Source of the DNA: Haliotis rufescens
Taxonomy: Eukaryota
Length of the DNA: 64,000 nucleotides
Reading direction: 5' to 3'
Assembly (NCBI RefSeq): GCF_023055435.1
Contig: NW_025964112.1
Span: 10,478,001-10,542,000 of the forward strand
Positions 1-10,903 of the stretch are shown here, piece by piece; position 1 is the stretch's first letter, and every line of letters begins with the position of its first letter. A program made the translations under genes and the position numbers. Below the pieces are notes generated by a model. That model had not been told where the DNA came from and did no database searches. It saw nothing but the letters and a program-made list of their open reading frames with translations.

Positions 1-213
1 CGCACTGAAAAATAATCAGGTCTGGATCAGACAATCCAGTGATTGACATCATAAGCATCGATGCACGCAATTGGGAGACGATGATGTGCATCAACCAAGT
101 CAGCGAGCCTGACCATCCGATCCCGATAGTCGCCTCTTACGACAAACATAGTCGCCCTTTACGTCAAGCATGGGTTGCTGAAGACCTATTCTATCCCGGA
201 TCTTCACGGGTCT
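1..213 (-). mobile_element. SINE-like family B (no tRNA head; structured 5' end)
   Basis: Reverse complement of gacccgtgaagatccggg.tagaataggtcttcagcaacccatgcttg...gtcgtaagaggcgact... Confidence 0.85.
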
Positions 214-706
214 GTCGGCGCACTGTGATCCGTGTGATCCGTGTCAACGCACTGTGATCAGTGTCGGGGCCATGTCGCAAAGAGTTGTGTCCCTTCTCTT
301 CGAGGATCCTTCGTGGTTGTAAAGCCATGGGCCCCGTTCTGTAAGGGGCCGGACATTTGAACATTTGGAAAACATATTCATGCTTCAAACCTTTGAAAGA
401 AAAGAGATTGCCTGCCACACAAATTACGTTAAAGTAAGCTGTCATCTTAAAAAAGAATCAGGCTCATAGTTTTAATTAAAATATCTGATATCCCCCAACC
501 CCTCCACCGAACATACATCAAATGGCCCCCAACACTATCGTAGTTCTACGTCTATGGTAGTGTTTATGTGGAGTACCATTAACATCGCTTTGTGAAAGGG
601 GCATGATTAACGCCTTTAAACTGCATCATGTCGGGTGCTCCCACACTAAAACTGACCACCGAGATATTACATTACTGTTAATAACTACTGACATTCGTTA
701 AAATTC

Positions 707-874
707 GGGGCGGTCGGGTAGCCTAGTGGTTAAAGCGTTCGCTCGTCACGCCGAAGACCCGGGTTCGATTCCCGACATGGGTAAAATGTGTGAAGCCCAT
801 TTCTGGTGTCCCCCGCCGTGATATTGCTGGAATATTGCTAAAAGCGACGTAAAACCATACTCACTCACTCACTC
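707..874 (+). mobile_element. SINE family A (tRNA-Asp-derived head, (ACTC)n tail)
   Basis: A box tagcctagtgg, B box ggttcgattcc, GTC anticodon-like loop. Tail gatattgctggaatattgctaaaagcgacgtaaaac followed by actc repeats. Confidence 0.9.
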
Positions 875-921
875 ATTTACATCCACACTTACTAACTCTG
901 CTGTGCCTGTATCTCCTCCAG

Positions 922-1084
922 TTGTCCGTCCAGCGACGTCGACAACGTCATGATACAGAAACCAAGCAAGGTGTCTGATACCAAGGTGACGTTCATCTAC
1001 GATGCCTTCAAGTTCACCAATCAGGACGCAGTGTCGGTCACGTGCACTGTCAAGATGTGCACGGAGAAGTCCACGTGTGCAGCA
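922..1084 (+). CDS. ZP (zona pellucida) domain protein, internal exon (ZP-C subdomain); gene starts upstream of the window
   Basis: Acceptor ctcctccag|T at 920-921 and donor GCA|gtaagt at 1085. Translation CPSSDVDNVMIQKPSKVSDTKVTFIYDAFKFTNQDAVSVTCTVKMCTEKSTCAA has the ZP-C pattern (G)CP...FxxxAFKF...VxCxVxxC. Confidence 0.85.
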
Positions 1085-1100
1085 GTAAGTCATCAATTGA

Positions 1101-1737
1101 CAGTCCCCGCTGTATTCCGCGGCCAAAAGATCTATTTTTTGCAGTCAGTTTTTGTGAATTCTGAATCCAATTTTTTAATAATTCTGCAAACTGTTAAGTT
1201 TCCCTTTCGTGAACTTCCTAGGGTTTTGCAACTGTTTTTCAGGCATTTTGCTGTTAACGTATCCACGGCTAGAATAACTTATCGAAGGAAATCCGGCCAT
1301 CACTAGTGTAAACATACATGTACATACATGCACTTCCAGTAAGCTATGACTTCACTTGAAACAAAATATGTATAATGATTTCATTTAACCATTTCTCAAA
1401 ACGTAAAAATGTTTAAAGGATCGATTGTAAATTGATTTTTCCCATATAACACAAACCTCAAATAATTATTTGGCATGATTTAATTAACACAATACTCAAT
1501 TCAAATAATGACAAATATTCGTTTCAGTAAACTTATGTGCCGCGTTTAAAACCAGGTTTCGACTGTGAGTGTTAAAATTCTGCTGTGTGTTTGACGAATT
1601 CTGCGGCAGAAAAGAGCAAAATTCCGCAGCAGTTTTGCACAAAATATGATTTTCTGCTCGGTTACAATTCTGTGGGCCTTTCTGCAAAACATTCTGCGAC
1701 CGTGAATACGCGGAATCACTGAATACAGAGGGGACTG
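1101..1737. mobile_element. MITE / non-autonomous DNA transposon in ZP gene intron
   Basis: TIR cagtcccc(g/t)ctgtattc at both ends; imperfect aattg flanks. Confidence 0.75.
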
Positions 1738-1780
1738 AATTGCTGTGACGTGTGTTCAACACGGTTACGAACATCAGGCT

Positions 1781-2036
1781 CCGGGGTAGAATAGGTCTTC
1801 AGCAACCCATGCTTGCCGTTAAAGGCGACTATGCTTGTCGTAAGCGGCGACTAACGGGATCAGGTGGTCAGGCCCGCTAACTTGGTTGATGCATGTCATC
1901 GTCTCCCCATTGCGTGGATCGATGCTCATGATGTCAATCACTGAATTGTCTGGTCCAGACTGGATTATTTACAGACCGCCGTCATATAGCTGGAATATTG
2001 CTGAATGGGGCGTTAAACAACAAAGAAACCAACAAA
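1781..2036 (+). mobile_element. SINE-like family B
   Basis: Near full-length copy ending gctggaatattgctga..gcgttaaacaacaaa. Further copies or fragments at about 7112-7340, 15110-15302, 19406-19630, 39895-40075, 45000-45200, 48895-49083 (-), 57205-57465 (-) and 63495-63690. Confidence 0.88.
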
Positions 2037-2358
2037 ACGTACATCAGACACCTCGCGTAACCTGTTAGCAGTGGTATGATGTTGATAAACTGGACATCAC
2101 AATTATTGTCAGACCCTTTCACAAAGCGATCTTCTTGCTTTAACAGTCGCAACCAAAGTTTAACATTAACATTAAACATTACTATAGGCGCAGCCCTGTG
2201 ATCGTGGTATAGAACGGGGCCTATGATTTACAACCATGAAGTATCCTTGAAGAGATTCTGCACAACTGTGTCGTATTAGACCAATAGGCCACCCGTGTCC
2301 CTCAACTGCACAGCATGTTGTGTCCTGAGACTAATGGGAGGCCCTCCGTGTCCCTTAA

Positions 2359-2969
2359 CTATGGAGGCCGATAGGGGACATCGCATTCTCGCATTCATTT
2401 GTGGCCGCGAGAAAGCAATAAAGCGATAACACGAGAAGTGAAAGCGATAGCACGAGGCGAGAAGGCGATACCGCGAGACGAGAAAGCGATAGCACGAGGC
2501 GAGAAGGCGAGACGAGAAAGCGATAGAACGAGGCGAGAAGGCGATACCGCGAGACGAGAAAGCGATAGCACGAGGCGAGAAGGCGAGACGAGAAAGCGAT
2601 AGAACGAGGCGAGAAGGCGATACCGCGAGACGAGAAAGCGATAGCACGAGGCGAGACGGCGAAACAGCGAGACGAGAAAGCGATAGCACGAGGCGAGAAG
2701 GCGATACCGCGAGACGAGAAAGCGATAGCACGAGGCGAGAAGGCGATACCGCGAGACGAGAAAGCGATAGCACGAGGCGAGAAGGCGATACCGCGAGACG
2801 AGAAAGCGATAGCACGAGGCGAGACGGCGATACCGCGAGACGAGAAAGCGATAGCACGAGGCGAGACGGCGATACCGCGAGACGAGAAAGCGATAGCACG
2901 AGTCAAGAAAGCAATATGAATACAGTATCGTCTTACCCCTTTCCGCGATGTCCCCCTTGGCTATCATAC
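2359..2969. mobile_element. TTAA-flanked non-autonomous DNA element carrying an internal satellite
   Basis: TTAA at 2355-2358 and 2970-2973; imperfect ~25-bp TIR ctatggaggccgataggggacatcgc / gcgatgtcccccttggctatcatac. Confidence 0.7.
2421..2902. repeat. 42-bp minisatellite (2 x 21-bp subunits), about 11 units
   Basis: Unit gagaaagcgatagcacgaggc-gagaaggcgataccgcgagac, with a few shortened units. It explains the repetitive ORFs at 2276-2979. Confidence 0.95.
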
Positions 2970-3078
2970 TTAACAGCATGTTTTGTCGTCTTCAAAAAAG
3001 AATAGAGATACATGAATTATAATTGCGTCATTATGATCAAATCGTATGTGCACACCTCACTTCATGTCCCGCGAACAG

Positions 3079-3226
3079 GTCCAGTGTGGTGGCGAGACGC
3101 AGCCCTACTCCGGTAACGGGAGGAAGAAGCGAGGGCTGCAGTCCGACATTATCACCAAGAGGACGGTTAGGACGACCTATCGTGTGCTGACCAGCGGCGT
3201 GCAGGGGAACACGAGCAGTACTCCAG
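3079..3226 (+). CDS. ZP-domain protein, penultimate exon (last Cys, furin cleavage site, external hydrophobic patch)
   Basis: aacag| acceptor is phase 0, matching the previous exon. Translation VQCGGETQPYSGNGRKKRGLQSDIITKRTVRTTYRVLTSGVQGNTSSTP; RKKR is the consensus furin site that follows ZP domains. Donor CCAG|gtaaac is phase 1. Confidence 0.85.
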
Positions 3227-3750
3227 GTAAACGCTTACCTCATGGTAAAATGGGGTTAACGTCGCGTCCAAGATTATTGCACTTATATNNNNNNNNNNNN
3301 NNNNNNNNNNNNNNNNNNNNNNNNNNNNNNNNNNNNNNNNNNNNNNNNNNNNNNNNNNNNNNNNNNNNNNNNNNNNNNNNNNNNNNNNNNNNNNNNNNNN
3401 NNNNNNNNNNNNNNNNNNNNNNNNNNNNNNNNNNNNNNNNNNNNNNNNNNNTTATAGTGACTGCCAACTGAGATACTATGCTGCAGTTTAACACTCAGAC
3501 ACAGTATACTGACTCCGAGCCGGCCAGTCCTTGTTTTAGGCGAGCGTCAGGCAGGCGTCTTTTGGTTTGACGCGACAGGGATCGAACCCACGACCTTCCG
3601 CTCTCCGGACGGACGCTCTACAACCAGACCACGGAGGCGGTCTCAGGTTCTTGACGGTTGTGGACGGTAATGACCGGGAGTTGCTTTAAACTTCTTAATA
3701 CATTACTGACTGCGGCGTTAAACAACCAACCAACCAACCAACCAACCAAC

Positions 3751-3983
3751 ACCCGTGAAGGTTAGGCTTAGAATTGGCCTTCCACAACCCATGCTTGTCG
3801 TACGAAGCGACTAACGGGAACGGTGACAAGGTTGATGCATGTCATAGTATCACAAATGAGTAGATCGATGCTCACGATGTCAATCACCGGATTATCTGGT
3901 CCAGATTCGGATATTTACAGGCCGCTGTTATATATCTGGAATACTGCCGAGTCCGGCGTTGAACAAAAAACAAACGAAACAAA
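3751..3983 (+). mobile_element. SINE-like family B, variant subfamily
   Basis: Starts acccgtgaaggttaggcttagaattggccttc and has a single gtcgt..gcgac hairpin. Sits directly after a (CAAC)n tail. Confidence 0.85.
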
Positions 3984-4206
3984 TCTTCTTGATAATATAA
4001 TACCACATGGAGCGTCTGGTTTACTCAGGGAAAAAAAGATATCATAGTAATTTTCAATTATACAGGGTTGTGTTGAAATTCTGGGGGTAAAGAGGTATTT
4101 GGTGTGGAGTTTTCATTGGGGCAATAATAATCGGTTAATTGATTTAATCAATATATCGTTCATATTGGTGTGGTAATGTTACAGGATAATTTACCAGTAT
4201 GTCTTC

Positions 4207-4357
4207 GGGGCGGTTGGGTAGCCTAGTGGTTAAAGCGTTGGCCCGGGTCCGATTCCCCACATGGGTACAATGTGTGAACCCTATTCTGGCGTCCCCCACA
4301 GTGATATTGCTGGAATATTGCTAAAAAGCGGTGTAAAACCATACTCACTCAGTCACT
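4207..4357 (+). mobile_element. SINE family A, internally deleted, 12-bp TSD
   Basis: TSD cagtatgtcttc at 4195-4206 and 4358-4369. Confidence 0.9.
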
Positions 4358-4570
4358 CAGTATGTCTTCATATTCACTATATTTCCAAAACGCAAGTTTT
4401 ACTAATTTCCATAGATGGACATATTCTCTTTTATCAAAAGCTAGCAAGATCAGTGTTTATAGGCTTGTTTCTTTACCTCACATATGATTTCCATCTTTCA
4501 AAAAGAGCAAATAATCAAAATATTACTGAATATTAATAATTATTAGTTTTAGATTCATCTCTTCAGGAGA

Positions 4571-4726
4571 GTGAGTTTGTTTTTACGCCGCTTTTAGCAA
4601 TATTCCAGCAATATCACGGCGGGGGACACCAGAAATGGGCTTCACACATTGTACCCATGTCGGGAATCGAACCCGGGTTTTCAGCGTGACGAGCGAACGC
4701 TTTAACCACCAGGCTACCCGACCGCC
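4571..4726 (-). mobile_element. SINE family A, TSD-flanked
   Basis: Reverse complement of family A, with TSD ctcttcaggag on both sides. Confidence 0.9.
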
Positions 4727-4840
4727 CTCTTCAGGAGAAGATATGCACTTTGCGTCAGATAATTCTGCCAAAAATCAATCTTTCAGTGATAGCTATCGGA
4801 TGACCTTGAATTGTGTAATATGTTTCATTTATGTGTTCAG

Positions 4841-4950
4841 TTCCAGGCGCCTTAGGTAGCAACAGAGGAAGTGACGTCACAGTGGGCTTCTGGACAGTTG
4901 GTTCCGCCATTGTTCTTGCGCTGTGTTTTGGGAACGACGCGTCCCCTTAG
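4841..4950 (+). CDS. ZP-domain protein, terminal exon with hydrophobic membrane-anchor/GPI-signal-like tail
   Basis: tgtgttcag| acceptor. In phase 1 it reads VPGALGSNRGSDVTVGFWTVGSAIVLALCFGNDASP* (TAG 4948-4950). AATAAA at 5067-5072. Not in the ORF track because it is short. Confidence 0.75.
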
Positions 4951-5997
4951 TCCAAGGTTGTCGCGGGGTTGCGTAAACTAGAGAGAGGTCTATTTGCTTA
5001 AGATCATGACAACTAAAGTACTCACGGAAATGAAAAAAACCCCTGTTTTTTCGATCTCAGATTTTAAATAAATGCAGTTAATATACAAAACAACTCAATT
5101 AGTACTAATTGTGCCTTGGCACAAATACAGCGTATCAAAGTTTTTTTATGTCTTTTTACACGTAAAAGTGTGTTAAAATATGAACAAAACAGACTATTGT
5201 GAAACTGAGCATAACCAGGTGTTAGTAGATCAAGGTGAATGTCAATGACCTATGGCACCTTGACGACAGGTGAAAACAGGTGCTTGAAACCCACGTGCAT
5301 GTGATTTGTCAGTGGTTAGTGATTTGTGAGTGGCATTGTGGGATAGTGAATCATCGTCAAAATATCAGAACGTAAAAGTAACATATTCCCTTCTCAAACA
5401 ACAACTTACATGTCATTATTATTATGTACATAAACATAACTGTTATTTTTATTGTTGTTTTGATAACTGTTTTTCCAGGCTAATTTGCATAAAGCATATA
5501 GCTTGTTTCTGCCATGTCAATTTGGACTTAGTTTTATTTTTGAATGTTGAAAGTGCCTACAAATTACCTCCTGTAAAGTACATTTTGTATTGAGCACTGA
5601 GATAAAACTAGCAAATCCAGACTAGTACTTTTCCAGTTGTTTTGTTATTTCGTATTTACAGCTACGTTATGCTTTGTGTCGATTATTAAATCCTGCAAAA
5701 CAGTGTTTTTTTTATTTCCATGAGCACTTTAGTCCAAAGTAGATCAACGTCCACACCATCACCATATTGATTAACTCGATTATCCAGAGTAGGAGTCTAT
5801 ATCTCAATTCTATTATGATAAATAAAAACCGTGAATGAAGGCTACGTTTCGAGTGTGATGCAAGTCTTACCACTAACTTAGCACATAATTCTCACGGTCG
5901 TGTGCTTATATTGGCTTACTGGCTATTCTTAGCGCCATGTGTAATTTCACTCAGGTTCGAAATCAAACTACTAAATCGTATAGGTTAAGGCACTCAC

Positions 5998-6285
5998 GGG
6001 GTCACGGGTGGCCAAGTCGTCTAAGGCGCCGCGATTCACTGTGTAGAGTTGCGTCCCTTCGGCATGCCAGAAACCTATGATTGTGGGTTCGAATTCCGGT
6101 TCTCCCCGATTATGTTTCTAGGTTTGTCAGCACCATACCGTGCTCGTGGGTTTCACCGAAGTGGTTAACGTCTGAGACCTGCATCACTTCGGGCTTTCCT
6201 CCCACATTAAGCTGACACACCGTGATATAACTGGAATAATGTTAAAAGCGGCGTTAAACCCAATTCACTCACTCACTCACTCACT
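5998..6285 (+). mobile_element. SINE family C (tRNA head with long A-B box spacer, V-domain-like core)
   Basis: A box tggccaagtcg, B box ggttcgaattcc, core gggtttc...ggctttcctcccaca, shared tail and (ACTC)n. Other copies at about 29157-29255, 29784-30025, 31035-31235 (-), 51531-51633, 52204-52445 and 53350-53552 (-). Confidence 0.8.
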
Positions 6286-6862
6286 AAGGTCATTTACCCC
6301 AATAGAGTGGAGGGTACAATACACTGTATTATCGAGCATCCGCCTTCACGAACAATTCAAAATCTCTCCTTCATTCCAAAGACTATTTTCACTGAATACA
6401 TAATTCTTTTCGCGTTTATTGCAATTTCATTCCAGAAACCACCTACCTACCTACCTATCTATAAAAGTAAAAACACGGACATTCTAAACCTTTATACCAA
6501 GAAAGGAAACCGTCCTTTCGAAAATAATACTTGATAAAACTCCAACACTCAGTTCATGAGGACTCCCGTGCAGTAATATTTAGACCAACACTCTGATAAT
6601 ATGTAATTCTGATAGAAATAAACTCCATTTACAGAGAAAAGGAGCCCCTTTGAGATGGGAAATAAACCTGTGGAACATCTAGACTTGCTTCATTTAGAGC
6701 TAAAGCATTATCGTAAGGGCTGGGTGGAAGCGGAAATGGTAAGGCTCAGGGGAGAGACAGACTAATAAGCATTATGTCAACAGCATTAGTGACAGGGGGA
6801 ATACTACAACGCAGATAATCTCACGACAAGCAGTTGTATTGAAGACAACGTATTTTTGTACA

Positions 6863-7040
6863 TACAGAAAACTACGTTTATAACAAACACGCTAATAACG
6901 AACTGACGGATAACGCGAACTGTTTCTTGGGGTCCCGTCCATTTGCTGTATATATGTTGTATTTTGCGCTAATAACGAACTTCGGTTAAAACGAACATAA
7001 ATTAGTGGTCCCTTTCAGTTTTCATAATAACCGTAGCTAT
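6863..7040. mobile_element. Tc1/mariner-type (Tigger-like) MITE; second copy at ~41550-41712
   Basis: TA-cag..aactacgtttataac start, internal ataacgaac repeats and a shared attagtggtccct end. Confidence 0.65.
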
Positions 7041-9377
7041 ATGCCGATTGGAATGCTTTTCCCTGATGGAGAAGGTCTTTTGGCGAGGTCTTGCTATGCT
7101 GGAGGAATGTAGTTTCTTTGTTTGTTGTTTAACGCCGCATTCAGCAATATTCCATGTCCTAAGAGGCGACCATCGGGATCTGGTGGTCAGACTCCCTGAC
7201 TTCGTTGATGCATGTCATCACATCTCAATAGCGAAGATCGATGTACATGTCAATCACTGGATTGTCTGGTCCAGACTCGATTATTAACACCGCCGTCATG
7301 AAGATAGAATATTGCTGACTGCAGCGTTAAACAACAAGCAAAGAAACTAGTCGGACTTGCATCACTTTGGCCCTTCCTCTGTGTTCGTTGACAGGCCGGA
7401 CAAAGCAGCAACACATATTGCGTAATATCCATCTTCTGGAACAGATGTAGTTTTTATAAATGCATCCACAGAATCACCTATCACCAGCTTTCCTGATATG
7501 TCTAAACATTGTTAGAAGTGGCCTTAAATTCCAATAGTATTCATCTGCACCAGTTGCAGAAGCTTGTGTACAATCATAGAACAAATAAATAAGTTCACAT
7601 GACTTATTTAGTTTAAATATATTAATAAAAAAATATATATGATAAAAGTGTAGTTACATTAATGAGTTACGCACATCTAATTGAATGACTTAAAACATTT
7701 GCACTGCCTTAAAGATATGTTTTTCAAAAATTGGCAGACATTCTATTCCGTTTAACATCAAACTAAAATCTAATTTAACATTGTTCACGGCCTTCTGCAA
7801 AATGTCCCGAATTATTATTTAAAAAAATTCTTTGGTGAACATCCAATGGATACATTTGATTATTTATTAGAGTTTTGACATGAATTACCACATTGAAATA
7901 TCGGATCATCTCATATTCTGTATTATCATAATTGGTCTGGCTTTTCATGAATGTTAAGTATGAAAAACAAAGATTTGTTTGATGCACACAATACGAGTTT
8001 ACGGTCAGCACTCGGTGGTTTTCATCATCTTCATATATACGATGTTTTATGAATGAACAGTGTTGTGTCTTATGCATAAAATGCCTTTACGTATGGCCGA
8101 GTTGACTGTCTAGGTTGATTGATTGATCTAGGAAATCAAGCCGGCAAGTTAACTGTCAAAATGTACTTGTCCGGAGGTGAAGGCTTCTTGTCCTGAAGTT
8201 TAGGGGAACCATATATTTCAGCTTGCTTTTGGTACTAATTGTATGTTAAACAGGGATTTGTACTTGGATATTATATGGAACATGTTTTTCTACTGGGCCC
8301 ACTTGCACAATGCTATTTTAACGTTAAGGTCGCTTTGTGCAAGTGATCCCTGATCCACTAATGAATAAAGCCTTCGACACACTGAACACCGTGAATATCG
8401 ATGATCAAGATTTAATAATACTATCCAAAATGTATGCTGCAAACAGAAATGCAATTTGCTATATGCATCTTGTCTATATAGATATCACATTTTTTATTAA
8501 TTTATTAGATATAGTCTAACCATTGACAACTAAACTATATTCATCTACTTATCCGACAATTTGATATATCGTGTCGACTGAGGAGGTCGTGTTAAGTTTC
8601 ACTGTGTATATATGTGCAGGACTATCACATTGCTGTACTTACTGCTTATGTAAACTGTTTCGTGTAAGAGTGTGTCCTTCACAAATAAACTGAAATAAAA
8701 GTATTCATAAAAAAAGTGTTTTTCATCAGTTGCTGCCCATCTGTCACGCTGGTAGAAAAGACCCTAGTACCGTGTTAGAGCCGACTAACATGGGGATAGG
8801 GCGGGCCTTCTCTGATTTAGCTCAGTGTGTCTTTTCATAACTCGGCTGCATATTATGCACTCGAAAGACTGGCATAAACTATTTTCAGGCCGCATTATTA
8901 CAGCTGGAAAACTGCTTACGGCGGCGTAAAACAAATAATACATTCACACAGAACCATAAGGGTCCCAAGGCTGAATCATTTGGATATCTCACCAAGTTTT
9001 ATCCAGATTAGTAAGGTCATTTTCAGAGAATGAGAGTGACATNNNNNNNNNNNNNNNNNNNNNNNNNNNNNNNNNNNNNNNNNNNNNNNNNNNNNNNNNN
9101 NNNNNNNNNNNNNNNNNNNNNNNNNNNNNNNNNNNNNNNNNNNNNNNNNNNNNNNNNNNNNNNNNNNNNNNNNCTATGAAAAATCGCCAAATATCCCAAG
9201 GGTGTATCAATGAATGAATGATCTTGACCAAACACCTTGCAAGGCGGCGCCATCATACCCGTAGCTCATGCCGCAGTCAGTAATATTTATATCTATGGAT
9301 AATCTTGATATTATGCCATGTGTAAAACGTAACCCGCCCATGCTTTTGTAGGTTATGTTCATACATACGTCCATGGT

Positions 9378-9634
9378 CGGTTAGTTGTTTAACGCCGCAC
9401 TCAGCAATATTCCAGCTATATGACGGCGGTCAGTAAATGATGGAGTCTGGACCAGACAATCCAGTGATTTATATCATGAGCATCAATCCACGCAATTGGG
9501 ATCGATGACATGCATCAACCAAGTCAGCGAGTCTGACAACCCGATCCCGTTAGTCGTCCCTTACGACAAACGTAGTCGTCTTTTACGACAAGAATGGGTT
9601 GCTGAAGTCCTATTCTTCCCCGATCTTCACGGGC
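9378..9634 (-). mobile_element. SINE-like family B, full length
   Basis: Reverse complement of the family B consensus from head to tail. Confidence 0.88.
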
Positions 9635-9738
9635 CAAGTCAATGGGGACACTTTCTACCCAGGACCCCCAAAGGATCAAGGGCTCGCTGAAGTTCGATTT
9701 TTTAAATATTAGATCTCTACAGGACTTGATTTTTTTTA

Positions 9739-10058
9739 CCGGAGAGCGGAAGGTCCGGGGTTCGATCCCCGACCGCGTCATACCAAAAGACGTCAAAAGA
9801 TGGTACTTGTTACCCTGTTTGGCGCTCGGCGTTAAGGGGCTAAAACAAGGACTGGTCGGCTCGGAGTCAGTATACTGTGTCTGAGTGGGGTATTCATGTT
9901 AAACTGCGGCATGGTATCTAAATGAGCTAGCACTATAAATCGGCATCAGTCCGGCCTAGTACAAGCAGTCACACACATACATACACGTGCCTGCACGTCG
10001 CTATATAAGTGCAATAATCTTGGACGCGACGTTAAACCCCATTTTCACCTCACCTCAC
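9739..10058 (+). mobile_element. SINE family D (tRNA head; gtcataccaaaagac...atggtact Meta/MESC-like core)
   Basis: B box ggttcgatccc and (CACCT)n tail. Related copies at 3455-3643 (-) and 11902-12097 (+, internally deleted). Confidence 0.78.
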
Positions 10059-10590
10059 TTTATTTTGTTCTTAAGCCAATAAGCGAGATTACTTTTCTGC
10101 TAAGCCGGTGATCAATGAAAAGGAGATGCTAGTTCTCTCAATAACTGTCCTCACATCACCTTGCATCACTTTGGCCTCCTGCCAACATTAAGCTGATACG
10201 GCTCTATGGCTCAACATACTTTTTAAGTCCTTGTTATGATATATTCTTTTAAAAAATGATTCCCTTCTCAAACCCGGGATTAATTAACTAAATATTTCCA
10301 CAGTGTCACTTGGTGATGACGGACATTCGTTTTGCAATATAAAATATAATTCAATTCACAAAAATGTGTGTCGCCAGCGGGGTTCGAACACGGAAGACCG
10401 CACCGAAGGCTAACGAATGTAGTACTTAATTAAATAGTCGCCAACATCAAGACTAATAAAAAGTCTGTTTGTCAATGGGGATATGTTTGCTTTATTCAGT
10501 ATGTTATTCTGTACATTTGACATTCAATATATCCTGCATAAGACGCGCGCCGCCAATACACACCAGCTTCTAGTCTCTAATACCGTGATA

Positions 10591-10903
10591 CGAGGGGCGT
10601 TCAAAGAGTTTTGCAACTTCAATATAAGACCAAGTCGCAGAATATCTTTTGCACTTTTATTTTTCAATATAATCACAGTTAATATATACAGTTCAATCTC
10701 CCACCCTACCACCCAGATTTAGCCCCAAGTGACCATTTCCTGTTCCGGCAAATGTAAGCTACCCTACGTTGAAGACGCTTCCAGGATGACGAGGACATAA
10801 AGGCTGCCACAGAGGCGTGGTTAGAGGGCCAATCTGCGGATTTCTATAAAAGTGGTATTAAAGCTTGAAGGACAAATGGAATAAGTGTATTGAACGCCCC
10901 TCG
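10591..10903 (+). mobile_element. Internally deleted mariner element
   Basis: TA TSD and TIR cgaggggcgttcaa. Residual transposase C-terminus PPYHPDLAPSDHFLFRQM* matches the mariner YSPDLAPSD motif. Confidence 0.88.

Noticed and set aside
707-782. tRNA-Asp-like gene (also at 4207, 4571, 19749, 49744)
   Set aside because: The acceptor stem is not intact and each copy continues into a SINE body with tail and TSDs, so these are SINE heads, not tRNA genes.
2276-2979. Long ORFs (183-207 aa) in three minus-strand frames
   Set aside because: They are artefacts of the stop-poor 42-bp tandem repeat inside an intronic element.
3289-3451. ORFs running through N-runs (also 9043-9173, 34343-34473, 38109-38277)
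   Set aside because: These are assembly gaps. Two of them correspond to microsatellites in the duplicate copy.
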